NCBI RefSeq assembly: GCF_006345805.1
Contig: NC_043000.1
Location: forward strand, 109,864,001-109,928,000
Reading direction: 5' to 3'
DNA from: Octopus sinensis
Taxonomy: Eukaryota
DNA: 64,000 nucleotides
Of this stretch, positions 26,113 to 40,065 are shown in pieces. A program made the position numbers and the translations under genes. Below the pieces are notes generated by a model that worked only from the letters and a program-made list of their open reading frames with translations, did not search any database and was not told the DNA's origin. Each line of letters starts with the position of its first letter. Position 1 is the stretch's first letter.

Positions 26113-29100
26113 ATGATGAATGACACACACACACACACACTGGGCTTCTTTCAGTTTCCGTCTACCAAATCCACTCAATGCTTTGGCTGGCTCGAGGCTA
26201 TAGTAGAAGACACTTTCCTAAAGTGCCATGCAGTGGGACCGAACCTGGAGCCATGTGATTGGGAAGCAAGTTTGTTACCACACAGCCATGTCTGCACCTA
26301 TGGAAGATTGGAAATGGACATCACTAGTGTGATGGTGGCACTTGTTTACTATTATTGTGATGTCAGGGCAAGGCTGCAATAACAAACATACACACATGTA
26401 CATATATATACACACATACATGATGGGCTTTTTTCAATTTCTGTCCACCACATCCACTCAGAAGGCTTTTTTTGACCAAGGGTTATAGCAGAGGGCACTT
26501 GTCCAAGGTGTCAAGCAGTAAGAATGAACATGAAGCCATAGGGTTGGGAAGCAAAATTCTTAGTATACAGCCACATTTGGTTTCTGGTGGGGTGGCCACT
26601 ACAACCTGCAACCTTCACAACTCAACATATTTCTTTCATGAAATGCTGACCTGATAATCTCAAGTACACAATTGCTAGGGATATTAAGGGAGTAGTTATC
26701 AATTACCTCCCATACATGACTAACTCTACCCAAATTGTTACATTATCCTTTAAAATCCATTTTCCATACTGGCAGGGACTGGACAGTTTGACAGGATCCA
26801 ATGGTCCCAAGATCTGTATTATGTTCTACGGTCTGCTTTGACATAGTTTTTATGGCTTTAATACCAACCGTTTTTCAGCATGTACTGGGTGCTTTTTTTG
26901 TGTGACCACCATTAGAGAAACTGTCATATAGATGGTAAGACTATGATCCCCAACAGTATGACTTTATGCTGGCAGATAGGGGACAAAACGTATGTAAAAG
27001 TATGAGGGAAGGGGTCAGAGCAGAATGGATTTTAGAAGAGGGATGGGAGAGTATAGGAGATGACAGTGCTAAACAGTAGAAAAGTAATGACGTTGGGTAA
27101 GTTGTGGGAGGAGAGATGTAAGGTGGTGGAGGAGCAGTTGTAATTGGTGGAGGGTGGATAACTAGTGAAATGGTTCTGGGTGGCAAGAAAAGTGGTTTCC
27201 GAGAAGAGCTTGGTGTTAGGGAAGTGACAAGGGTATCTTTGGGAGGAATATGAGATGTGTTGCCAAAAGACTAGACAATATCCAAAAGAAGGAATCTCCA
27301 TTGATTGACAAAAATATTCACTGATGATATAATTGGTTGCTGGTCCTGTTGGTTATTCTCTCTACCGCTTCAGCTCTACAAGGGTCTCTTATAAACAAAT
27401 CAGCTTGGGTGGGGACATTAGGACAACAATCGACCCCCCATGGCTTTAATAAAGGGTTCAATTCTAAGAATGTTACTGAAATAGACAGATGAAAACTGTC
27501 AGCAGCAACAACCAAAATGTGATTATTGCAATCAGTATGAAAACATAAACCCCAGTATATAACAGTGTATACGATATGTATTTGTATATCGTCATTGTTT
27601 TAATGTCTACTTTTCAATGCTTGAATGGGTTAGACAAAATTCATTGAAGCAGGTTTTTTTGTTACAGATGGATGCCCTTCCTGTCTATAACCTTTACCTG
27701 TCTCCAAGTGAGGTAATATTTCCCCCCTTGTCCTTTGAACATGAACAGCACAGTGGTCAGGCATCATTTCATGGAAGATTACAAACAACACTGCTTGTAT
27801 GGTGGGAGACATTTACTTACAATCACCGTATGACCCTGAGACAAAGTGACACATATATACACACAGTGGACTCTTTTCAGTTTCCATCAACGAAATCCAC
27901 TCTGAAGGCTTTGGTCTGTCCAAGGTGCCACGCAATAGGACTGAACCTCTCTTTTTTTATATATATGCAGAGGCGTGGCTGTGTGGTAAGAAGTTTGCTT
28001 CCCAACCACATGGTTCCAGGTTCAGTCCCGCTCTGCACCTTGGGCAAGCGTCTTTTACTATAACCTCGGGATTTGGTAGATGAAAACTGAAAGAATCTTA
28101 ATGCGTGTGTGTATATTTACATCATTTAGCATTCGTTTTCCATGCTAGAATGGGGCAAGACAGTTTTACTGGAGCTGGTGAGCCAGAGAGCCACACCGGG
28201 CTCTAGTCTGTTTTGGCTTGCTTTCTATCACTGGATGTCCTTCCTAATGCCACCCACTCCAACGAATGTACCAGGTGCCTTTTACATGCGTCACCGCCAC
28301 TAGCCACAACCACAATTCCACTAAAGCTTAACATGTCTTCTCAAGCACAACAAATCACCAAAAGTCTTCAATTGCCGTCACTTCCATCAGACTCAACATC
28401 CAATGGTTATATTTCACCACCTCATCCCACATCTTCCTGGGTCTACCTCTTCTGCAGTTTCCATCTACTGAATTTCACTCACAAGGTGTGGAGCTTTTGA
28501 CAATAACATCTCAAGTTGTGATGCTGTGGGATGGAACCCAGGAGCTTGCTGTTCCATAACGAATTTCTTAATTCAGCCACACTTTGCCTATGTAGTGTTC
28601 ACATGTATCTTTTACTTGTTTCAGTCATTGGACTGTGGTCATGCTGGGGCACCAACTCGATAGGTTTAGTCAAACAAATTGTACACACTACTTATTTTGA
28701 AGTCTGATATTTACTCTGTTAGTGTTTTTGCTGAATCGCTAAGTTATGGGGATGTAAACAAACCCACACCAGTCGACAAGTGGTAGTGGGGACAAACGCA
28801 CACAATACAGGCTTCCACACAGTTTCTGTCAACTAGATTCACTCACAAGTCATTGGTTAGGCCAGGGCTGTAGTGGGACTGAACCCAAGACCTCATGGTT
28901 GCCAGTTGAGCTTTTTAACCATACAGCCTTATCATGTTAAGAGGAGTGTAATCACATGCTAACCTCTTGAAATCTCTGTTAACATTTATCTTCCTTTATT
29001 CACCAAACAAAATATTTTTACTAAGCTTCTTAATGTCACCATACTACAACTGTGCATGGACTTCAGCATTTAGCTGTCGTTTCACTGACAGAAATCACGT

Positions 29101-29248
29101 ACAGTCTCATGACTGCAGACCTATGTGGTTTCCCAGTTTTTGAATTACAAAAATTCATTTAATGCAAACATTATCCCAAGTGTCAGCTGACAGAGAAGCA
29201 GCTTTGAAATTGTACACTTTGCTCAAAATAACAACCATGGCCATTCTG

Positions 29249-29657
29249 ACACAAGCGTTCCCCACCCCACCCGGGGGATTTTTTCCCTCATAACACTTTT
29301 TGAAAAATGGGTGTTTTTAATGACATTTCCTTATAAATACTTTTCAGATGGTGTAGATTACGATCATATTGGAAGAATTTAATTTTAGAAAGAGATAGGA
29401 AAAGATTAAAAAGTTGGTGGGCGTGTACATATTGACACATTTTATATTTATGTTATCTATGAAGCGAAACTTGAAATTTTGAAAAAGGAAAAAAAACGTG
29501 AAATTTATTTATTTTCTTTATATATTAAATTCTAATATAATTGTAATCTATACCATCTGAAAGGTATTTGTAAAAAAATTTCATAACAAATATTCATTTT
29601 TCTTCTTTTTTAAGTAATGAAGAAAGCAAGTTAGGAGTGTGGGAGGCATACCTGTGT
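29249..29657. mobile_element. Foldback/MITE-like non-autonomous DNA element
   Basis: Internal inverted arms ~29332-29383 vs ~29524-29571 (aaatacttttcagatggtgtagattac / gtaatctataccatctgaaaggtattt) and degenerate outer inverted termini. Confidence 0.55.
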
Positions 29658-31866
29658 AGGTCTGTAAAAATCTGTCAAATCATGCTGTAACTTGGATCGT
29701 AGGGTGACATGCAGTGCTTGAGGAGACCTATTGAGTTCAGTACATCAAAATCAAACGGAAATTGTAGCTGTGCCAGTGGCACGTAAAAAGCACCATCTAA
29801 ACGTGGCTGATGCCAGTGTCGCCATGACTGGCTTCTGTGCCAGTGGCACGTAAGAAGCACCAACCAATCATGGTCGTTGCCAGCCCCCTCTGGCTCCTGT
29901 GCTAGTGGCACATAAAAAGCACCCACTACACTCAGAGTGGTTGGCGTTAGGAAGGGCATCCAGCTGTAGAAACACTGGCAGATCAGACTAGAGCCTGGTG
30001 CAGCCTCCTGGCTTCCCAGACCCCGGTCAAACCGTCCAACGCATGCCAGCATGGAAAACAGATGTTAAACGATGATGATGATGATGAAGGGACACATTAA
30101 AGAATGTAGTCTTACATTTATGCTTACTGGCACTCGACCCCGTGCTAGTAGGGTATTAAGAGCACCATCCGAGCATGATCGTTACCAGCATCGCCTTACT
30201 GGCACCTGTGCCAGTGACATGTGATTCGAGCGAGGTCGTTGCCAGTACCGCCTGACTGGCCCTGTGCTGGTGGCATGTAAAAGCACCCTCTACACTCTCG
30301 GAGTGGTTGGTGTTAGGAGGGCATCCAACCGTAGAAACTTTGTCAGATCAAGATTGGAGCCTGGTGCAGCCATCTGGTTCGCCAGACCTCAGTCAAATCG
30401 TCCAACTCATGCTAGCATGGAAAGCGGACGTTAAATGATGATGAAAAAACAAGATTACCATGATTAAATTGCTTTTGATCACAAGTTTTGCACAATCAGG
30501 GCTAATCTGAGATAAACTGTGGTGAACTCAGAATTGGTGAAGGTGTTTGATTACAAATTGGATTTCGTCTAAAAGAAAAGGGCAAAGATTCATCACAAGG
30601 TAAAAAAAATACACTACTACCCCCACCACCACCACCAGCAGATAAGACCAACTTGTGACAGAGGCCTGTTACCAGAGGTTGTCTGTGAGTCTGTAAACAA
30701 TATTCGGTTGTATATTCTGAAGTTGAAATAATTGTTGAAATAATTCTGATTCCAAATTTTGGTACCTAGCTTCAAAGAAAAAATATTTCATTTGACTAAA
30801 AATTCTTCAAGGCAGTGCCCCAGTATGGCCACAATCTAATAAAACCAGTAAAAGATGGGGATATCTGATGAATGCCGTGGAAACATTCTCTTTGTGTGAC
30901 CAATGCTAAGTAATCAGTAAATGTATTGTCAACAGAGTTGGTCCAAGTATCATTGCATGGCACCACAGTATTTACTCTTTGCACGTATTCCTTCTCTCAT
31001 ATCTGTATGTAGTTTTGGATTGATGGGGTCTGAGACAGACCAGCAGACATATACTGACTTATGGACCACTTATACATGTAGTTGTGGCCGATGCCAGTGC
31101 TACCTGTGCTGGTGGCACGTAATAAGCGTCATTCAAGTGTGGCTCAATGCTAGTGCTGCCTGACTGGCTCCCCATGCCAATGGCACTTAAAAAGCACTAT
31201 CCGAACGTGGTCGATGCCAGAGCCTCCTGACTGACTCCCTGTAAAAACCACCATTCAAACGTGGTTGATGCTAGTGCACCCCCAACTGGTGCCTGTGCCG
31301 GTGGCACGTAAAAAGCAGCATTTGAGTGTGACTGGCTCCTGTGCCAGTGGAATGTAAAAAGCACCCACAACACTCTTGGAGTGGTTGGCATTAGGGAGGG
31401 CATCCAGCTGAAGAAGCCTTACCAGATCAGATTGCAGCCTCCTGGCTTGCCAGTCCTCAGTCAAACCGTCCAACCCATGCCAGCATGGAAAGCGGACGTT
31501 AAACGATGATGAGGATATATAATGGCTGTGTAATTTGGAGACTTGCCTATGGTCATGAGTTCAGTCCCATTGCATGGAATTGTGCAAATGTCTTCTACTT
31601 TAGCCCCGGGCTGGCCAAAACCTCAACAATGGATTTGCTAGACGAAAACTGAAAGAAGCCCCAAGCACTGGTGCGTGTGCTGCTGTTTATTGGTGCAATG
31701 ACCCCCGACAAAATTTGTTTCAGCACACGAATTCACATCAAGAATCCTGGAAATCAAATACAAAAACGAAATACGATATTATGTGTGTGTGTTTGTCCTA
31801 CCACTTGACAACCGGTGATGGTTTGTTTACACATCCGTAACTTAGCGGTTCTGCGGAAGAAAATAA

Positions 31867-33396
31867 CGTCACCTTCAAAATAAGCGCAACTATGCCTCCC
31901 CTGGTCTCGATGGAGTTACATACCTGCTTCTCAAACGTGGCAGGCACTTCCTTTTACACCAGCTTTCTATTTTCTTCCAGTACTGTCTCAACAATGGTGC
32001 TACTCCGGAGCAGTGGAAAACTGCCAGTGTCATTCCTCTGTTCAAAAAGGGCGACCGCACATCACCTGTCAACTATCGCCCAGTCAGTCTCACTAGCTGT
32101 ATTGCAAAACTGATGGAATCATGTGTCAGAGAAACACTCTGGAACTTCTGGAGCTCTCACAGCCTCATCCGACCCTCACAATATGGATTTGTCCCTAACT
32201 CCAGCTGCAGTGATCAGCTTGTCGAGTTCCTCGAGGACATTACTCAGATCACTGACAGTGGCTCATGGGTGGATGTTGTCTACCTTTACTTTGCTAAGGC
32301 TTTCAACTCTGTGCCACACAAAAGGCTTATGGTGAAACTCTCTGCAATGGGTGTGGGGGATGACCTTTTTAACTGGTTGAAATCCTTCATCCTCAGCCGA
32401 AAGGAGGTAGTCACAGTTCTAGGACAGCACTCTACACCATATGAGATGTCATCGGGTGTACCACAGGGATCTGTCCTTGGTCCCCTCTTGTTTGTGGCAT
32501 ACATTAATGACATAGATGCCAATTTAAAGAATGCCACAGTATTGAAATATGCAGACGACATCAAGCTGTACCTTGAAATCAAGAGGACAGATCCTGATGT
32601 CTACAACTCTTTCCTGCAATCAGACCTAGACACAATGCAGCAATGGATCACAGACTGGCAACTGAAACTGGCTGTGGACAAGTGTACCACCATGCATTTT
32701 GGGAGAAAAAACCCTGCGTCCACATACTCCCTCCACAACACTGATATCAAGAAATCCTCTTGCGAGCGTGACCTAGGCATCACTGTCAGCAGTGATTTGC
32801 GTTGGACAAAGCATATCTCTAAAATTGTCAAGAAGGCCGAGGGTGTCTTGGCATCACTCAGCAAGACTTTTGTTAGCCGCTCTCCAGCCATCTATTTAAA
32901 ACTGTATACAGCTATGGTACGACCACACTTGGAATTCGCATCATCAGTTTGGAACCCCTATCTTGCTCAGAACATTGACCTCCTGGAATCTGTCCAGAGA
33001 CGTGCAACCAAACGCATACAATCCATCAGACACCTACCATATTCTGAGCGCCTTGTTTCCCTGGACATGGATTCACTGAAGCTCCGGCGTCTGGCGACGG
33101 ACTTGGTAAACACCCACAAAGTTATCAACCACCTCACCAACAACAACACTGAACACCTTTTTGATCTCCATGTGGACATGCCTACAATGTCAGAAAACAA
33201 CACAGCTCCCATGACTTTCGGAAACATTTTTTCACGCTCAGAGTTGCTGAAGCATGGAATAAACTGCCTGCGTCAGTTGTTGACTGCCATGACACTGCAT
33301 CCTTTAAGGCCCTCATGCTTTCCGAAATCCGCCGAAACTACACCTGATTATATATACACTTTAGATGAGTTGTAGTGCACCTGAGCACTGTACACA

Positions 33397-33432
<36 letters not shown>
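31867..33432 (+). mobile_element. 5'-truncated CR1/L2-group LINE (RT region), inactivated
   Basis: Open frame from ~31867: SPGLDG..WKTASVIPLFKKG..NYRPVSLTS..QYGF..YLYFAKAF (motif-A Asp replaced by Tyr)..SGVPQGSVLGPLLF..YADD. A frameshifting deletion lies near 33172; the true C-terminus GHAYNV..FFTLRVAEAWNKLP ends at TGA 33345-33347. 3' stem-loop and (ATT)n tail. Inserted into a family A SINE (31520-31860 + 33433-33522). Confidence 0.92.
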
Positions 33433-33434
<2 letters not shown>

Positions 33435-34039
33435 AGATAAATCCTGGGGTCGATTTGTTCGACTAAACGCTTTTAAAGTGGTGCCCCAGCATGGCCACAC
33501 TCAAATGAGTGAAATAAGTAAAAGCTGTGTTGTATGACCGCAGCCCAGTTTCCGTTGGAATAAACAACTTCAAGATTGTTGTCATCGAAGTCAGTCTGTA
33601 CTAATCGATAACCGCATGAGGTTGGTTCTTGTTTAGCCCCAGGTCAACCTTTATGACAACGGATATATGATCAAACGTATTCCAGCCTTGATCATCCCGT
33701 CTTTTAAAGAGCATCAACGGCTAGATTGCGTAATGTAACGTTTACTTTTTAAAACCTTAGCGTGTGATTTGAGCAAGATTTGACTGCCATTTCTAGAAGT
33801 TTCGAGCGACCTTGTAGGGGCACAGCTCGTTATGTTTTTACCTGCGTAAGAGAGAGACATAGAATGGGGGGGGAGGTATTCCAGCCGTGATTCTCTCGTC
33901 TTTTTAGGTGTATATAGGACTAGATTGTGTTAATGTGCCTCATTCTTTTTAAGATTTTAGGGTATGATTTGAGGGAGATATGACTGCTATTTCTAGAACT
34001 TCAAAATAGAAGCACTCCTCGTTACCTATGTATTTTTTT

Positions 34040-34750
34040 ACCTGCGTGAGAGAAGGAATGAGAGGCGAAGAGAGAGAGAAGGAGTAAGAGGCGAAGAGAA
34101 GGAAAGAGTAAGAGGCGAAGAGAGAGAAGGAGAAATACAGTGGTGACTAATCCATTCATGTTCCTTGAAAATGAGGCTGGATTGAGCAATACCAATAAAT
34201 AAAAGATAGGCAGATAGATAGAGAGAGGGAAAGAGAGAGAGAGAAATGGTGTGTACATGTATGAAGGAGAGGGAAAGAAAGATAGAGGGGATGGGCGAAG
34301 CAATGAAAGAGAGGGTGCGGGTGTTGAAATGTATGTACATAGAATGAGGGGAGGGAGAGAGAATTAAAATAGAGATAGAATGAGAGAGGGAGAGCGTGAG
34401 GCGTTAAAGACATATTCGCAGAGTGTAAATGTACGGAAATAGAAATATATATAAAGAGTGTGAGGGAATTGTGATATATATATATAGAGAGAGAGCGAGA
34501 ATGACAGAGAGAGAGGGAGAAAGGAAGATTAATTGAAATATTTAGAGAGGGAGAGAGATTAATTGAAATATTTATAGAGAAGCGGGGAGAGAAAGATAGA
34601 AAGAAAGGAAGAGAGCGATAGAATGAGTGTGTGAAGGAAGTGAGAGAGAGAGAAAGTGTGCGAGAGAATTGAAACACAGAGAGAGGGAGAAAGGAAGATT
34701 AATTGAAATATTTATAGAGAAGGAGAGAGAGAAAGAAAGGAAGAGAGAGA
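34040..34750. repeat. GA-rich low-complexity/minisatellite region
   Basis: Repeated gagagggagaaaggaagattaattgaaatattta units (~34510, 34545, 34680) and aaggagtaagaggcgaagaga units. Confidence 0.8.
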
Positions 34751-37700
34751 GTTGTGTGTGAAGATTACTACAAAATGTTTAGACATACACAAAGAGCATA
34801 GATGTACATTTCATATTTTATATAGAGAGCGGTGTGGAAAGCAAAACAGTGAAAAAGGGAATATATATATATACATGTATTTATAAACATTTTGTAAAAC
34901 AGACACAACTAATTAGGTTTGTATTACGATTTTTCATTGGGTTTTTGTTGAGAGGAAGACAAAAAACAGATGGTTTTTATCTTTGAAATACTAAATTGTT
35001 TCTTAATTGTGTTGTTTAATGACATTGTTTTTGTTGCTAATCTTCATAACAACTTGTGTACTATTAATCTGTTTAGCAGGAATTCTCCTTTCATTTCTTT
35101 TTTTTTTATTTGGAATATATGTTCATACCATTATATACACACATTACCTATATACATGGATATATATATATACACATACATACATGCATGCACGTATGTA
35201 CTTGGGGATATATATATACGAAAACGAAGTATATATACGTGTGTATACACACACACACAGGTCAGTTATACAATATATTTTTATAAGTATACACACACAC
35301 ACACACACACGTGTGTGTATGTATAAACACACGCAGGGAAACGGTTACTGCAGTTATAAAAGTAAAAATAATCTTTTTCGTTTCTTCTCTTCAACAGTTT
35401 TTCCTTTTAATTTTTTCCTCCACAAGCGTTTTTTTTCCCCATTTCTTTACATTCAAATGCCACCCCATACAATAACCAACTTCTATATATTCAAATATAT
35501 CCTATTTTCTTCTAAATTCAAATATTTCTCTACACACAATGCAGTCACTCGTCCATGTGTTGCCTATTCATGTTAATTTTTATAACAGAAATATATTTAA
35601 AACTAAGTTTCTTGCATAGAGACAAGGCTCCATATATACATGAAAGGTGTTTGTGGGATTATGTTTCACGTCCCTGTTATTTTTGCGTTAATATACAAGT
35701 CACTGTGTCATGTCTACATACATTTGTGGTCCTTTCTTAATTGATTCTTAAACTCGCATCTTGTAGAGAGATGACTCAACAAAGTGGACTCGAAATCCCG
35801 GCTTTGGTGCCACCGTCACCCAACTACAAATACTACAAAAACTCCTTAAAATTAGGCATCGTATTTTAGATTGGATGGTAGTATAGTCACAGAGGTGTGG
35901 AATGGTAACTAATCGAATGGTAGTACTCAATACTTTGCGATGAGCGGGATATTTATGGCAATCTGAGCCTGTGTTGTTTAAAATCGTTGGAGAAACTTCG
36001 AGTAGTGAGTGACTCATAAAAATCTTAATTTCGAATTGTATATATGCGTGTGTGTGTGTGTATACAGAGAGAGAGAGAGAGACTGTGTGTATCTTGCTAC
36101 CCTGAGTTTCGTCTGTAGGTACACAGGGTCGGTCGGCAGAAGCGTTAGCACACCGGGCGAAATGCTTAACAGTATTTTGTCTGCCGTTACGTTCTGAGTT
36201 CAAATTCCCCCGAGGTCGACTTTGCCTTTCATCGTTTTCAGGGTCGAGTAAATAAGTACCAGTTACGCACTGAGGTCGATGTAATCGACTTAATCCGTCT
36301 GTCTGTCCTTGTTTGGTCTCTCTGTGTTTGGCCCCTTCTGGGTAGTAAAGAAATAGGTCTTCAAGCAAGTTCTGATCATATAGAAGACTGACTCGACCAA
36401 AATAGAAATATTATTAATCTCTACCATAATATCGAGTGCTTATATATAACGAAACTTTTCCCTATAATATATATAGCTATACATACACACACGTCCATAA
36501 GATGCTTTCTTAAGATGAATACCGCAGTTTGGAAGGCTTTGAATGGTCTACACTCTCTAAGTATGTATACAGATAACTAATTTTGAACTCTTGCTGCTTC
36601 CATCGCTAATAATAGACACATGTGTGTGTGTTTGTCCACACCTTTGTTAAGTGATGACAAACAAAACCAGACAAAGACAACAGAATAATAATAAAATAAC
36701 AATAAACGCTGTGTCAGTTCCATAGAAGCACCATCATCGTTATAAAAGACCATTTCAGTTAATCTGTTGCCTCTCTCAAAACCGGCTCCAAGAACTTGGA
36801 CAAACAGCCCCAAAACGTGGTGATAGTAACATCAGATGTGAGAAACTGACATTAACTTATATCTTCTCTATTTGTCATTTCCGTCAATTGTATTCCTTCT
36901 AGATTAGAAATGGTGAATATGTAAACATCATTGACTTTGGGAGTAGATGAAAGCAGCGTATGTTTTGATTTTTAAGCTTTCGGATTGCTGGAATCGTATG
37001 ATTCTTAACTCGGAGTGGCATACTCTGTTTCGATTCCAGGTTGGGGTTGACTTTTAAGAACGTCAGTAATGCCTACACTGTTCATTTTCCCTCCACCTTG
37101 TTTTTGCCCTACCCCAGGAATTTGCCAACTTGTGTTCTTTAATGGTTGTTGCTCTGTTCAATAGTAGTACCATGTCTAATAAGCTGGTGGTGAGCAGTGT
37201 CGTCTGTGAATCCGATTTCAGAAAAGGGCAGGGACCTAAAATAGTTTCACACTTTCCTATAAAGCCAGACAGAAACCTTATAACCATGTAAGAAACTTGA
37301 GTGTGTGCTACTGTTTTGGTGTTGTGCTTTTAATGTCGATAAAATATTAAGTGCTGAAGGTTGCGCACCCGGTTGCCGTTATTACAAGGAACCAAGCCAA
37401 ACCTGAACAACAAGTTAATCACCATTGATGGATACCTTTCTAATAATTTGGTTATCACTCCAGAACCTCGGATAAATAATACGTGAACAGCTTTTTTTTT
37501 TCTGTGTGTGTGTGTGTGTATTAAGGTGACATGATTAATGCAGTAGAGCAACAGGTAAGCTCCCTACCCGTATACAGACGGGGTGAATAAAACTGCAGCG
37601 CCGGTTTCAGTTTCTAGTCGAAGCAATTTAAACCTCATTTATCTTAATTCTTTCGAGTAAAGGTATGGGTGTCACGACATCACATTTTTTTTTCTCGCTT

Positions 37701-38637
37701 CAAACATAAAGCCTTTGGACATAGTCAAAAACTAAAAAATATATTCTTCTTCACCCGTAACATATGGCTATTTGTCAGAAGAGAAAAATGATGGTTTGCT
37801 CTTCGATTAACCCTCGCTATTGTTCACTTTAATTGATCTTATGACACGGAACATTCGACATTCAATGAAGTTAGAAAGCCATGGTTGTTGTGGGACACGA
37901 TGCTATTAAGGATTTCACATTGTGTGTTGCTCGTTTTTTAATAACATTTAATTTTTTATTTCTCATATCTGTTATAATTTTATTGTTTAGCCACAGGTCA
38001 GCACCTATTGCGCACACCTATGTTCAAAGGCGTTCCATCCGTGAACTACCTCGTCGTTTTGTTTATCTAGGACTGCATTGCCTTTCTTTTACTTTTATTA
38101 GTATTAATATTGGACAGTGTGTTTGAGGAGAATTTGGTTGTTATTTCTTGCAGACCGAACCAACGTCTTAATAGTGTTGCAATGAATTCAAGTGTTTGCG
38201 TTGTTGTGGCGGTTATAATGGCATTCTTTGACGTTGGCGTTGTTGTTGTTGTTGTGGTCTGTCCATTGCAGTCGCAGAGTTACCATTCAAAGTGTGGCAT
38301 TGTTTAAAGTTATATGTTTCTTTGGGGGAGATTTGGTAGCTATGTTTACCACGATGATCGACCATATGAAGCTACAAATAACAGCGTGTAAATATTGGCT
38401 TGAAAAGCCATTACGGGTAGAAAAAAAAAAGTCAAAGGGGATGTGGGTTCGTGTTCCACGATCAGCCTTTGACTTGAGTCTTTTCTTTTTTTATCGAAAA
38501 GAGTTTTTCAACCCAATATATACATGCTATTATTTGTAGCTTTATGTGCTTCGAGTTTCCACTGTTCGAAAAGCAGATTATTTCACATTCCCTCGAAAGT
38601 TTACACATACGTATGTGTGTGTGTGTGTATGTATGAA

Positions 38638-38671
<34 letters not shown>

Positions 38672-40065
38672 CATACATACGCACACATACACATTACTTC
38701 AAACGCTACATACACACACAGACACGTATGTATAAAATCGTTTTAAAGTCAACCTTCCCATGCTTGCATGAACCTGATGGAGTTCGTTGAGGGCAATTTT
38801 CATCTGTTGAATTCGTTTCTGGTCCCCAACCCCCACCTGCTTCTAAGCAAGGTAATATTTCCTTGTGGTTGGACATGTTTTCACAAAAGATTGCGAATGA
38901 AGAAGACACTGCTTTACAGTTTGTAGTGGATGATTGCTTTTCATGCCACCAGCACAATTGAGGTCACCCTGCGGCTTGCAAGACTACAAGTCCCAAGATA
39001 AATGGCTTTTTACTAGGAGATGAGGGGCCAGACAGAACAGGTTTCTTGCCGTAAAGGAGCTACATGGTGACTTTTTAGAAGAAAGTGTGGGTGAAGTTAA
39101 TGAGGTGGGAGTTGCGAGAGAGATGTATGGTTGGGTAGCTTGCCAGTGTTTGTGGAAAGAGGCAGGCGTAATGCAGGGGGAAAGTGAGACGTATATGGGT
39201 GGAGGAGGAGAAATAGTTTGGTGGGCATGTTGGGAGGGGGGATCAATGTGAAAATGTGGGTGGAGAGGATAGTACGAGGGTAATGGATGGATATCAAGTG
39301 AAATGGTTCCAGGCAATGAGGAAAATTAATGGAATCAAGGAAACACTGCAGTTAGAAAGATAAGTGGTGAGGTCACTTGGGGTGGAAATTGAACAAGGAG
39401 AAGATCAGCTGTGCACACACACATACACACACATTGTGCTTCCAAAGCTTAATTTCAACAATTTTGCAGGTGTTCTTGAGAACTGAAAATTATTAATCAT
39501 CCCCACTTATGAGTACCCCTCATTCATTGGACAATGAACTTTGCTTGCGAAGACCTATAGAGACAAGTGTAAACAAATCAAAATCGCTGATCTGGCCGAT
39601 GACAGCACCACCTGATTGGCACTCGTGCCAGTGGAATGTTAAAAGCACATCTGAGTGTGATTGTTGCCAGAGCCACGGATTGGCTCCCGTGCCGGTGGCA
39701 TGTAAAAAGCACCATTTGAGCATGATCATTGCCAGCGTCACCTTATTGGCACATGTGCCGGTGGCAAGTGAAAATCATTCGAGTGTGGTCAGTGCCACCA
39801 GACTGGCTCCCATGCAGGTAGCACGTAAAAAATACCTTTTAAGCGTGCTCACTGCCAGAGCCACCTGACTGGCTCCTGTGCCAGTGACATGTAAAAGCAC
39901 CCACTACACTCTCGGAGTGGTTGGTGTTAGGAAGGGCATCCAGCTGTAGAAACTTTGCCAGATCAAATTGAGCCTGGTGCAGTCTTCTGGCTTCCCAGTC
40001 TTCAGTCAAACTATCCAACCCATGCCAGCATGAAAAGCGGATGTTAAACAACAGTGATGATGATC

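Noticed and set aside
26940-27560. GA-rich block with CTGATGA, a PHGFN-like peptide and GAAAACTGTC, resembling a Penelope 3' remnant
   Set aside because: Motifs are far apart and too degenerate to support a call. The same applies to similar blocks at ~5060-5300, ~39010-39410 and ~49580-50010.
30861-30890. CTGATGA..GAAAC hammerhead-like string
   Set aside because: No credible stem II, stem III or stem I pairing.
33172-33375. C-terminus of the 420-aa RT ORF as given in the track
   Set aside because: It is out of frame after a deletion; the CR1-type C-terminal motifs lie in another frame ending at 33347.
34022-35576. Long ORFs (93-189 aa) in the ORF track
   Set aside because: They arise from GA/TA/CA low-complexity sequence and have no protein-like features.
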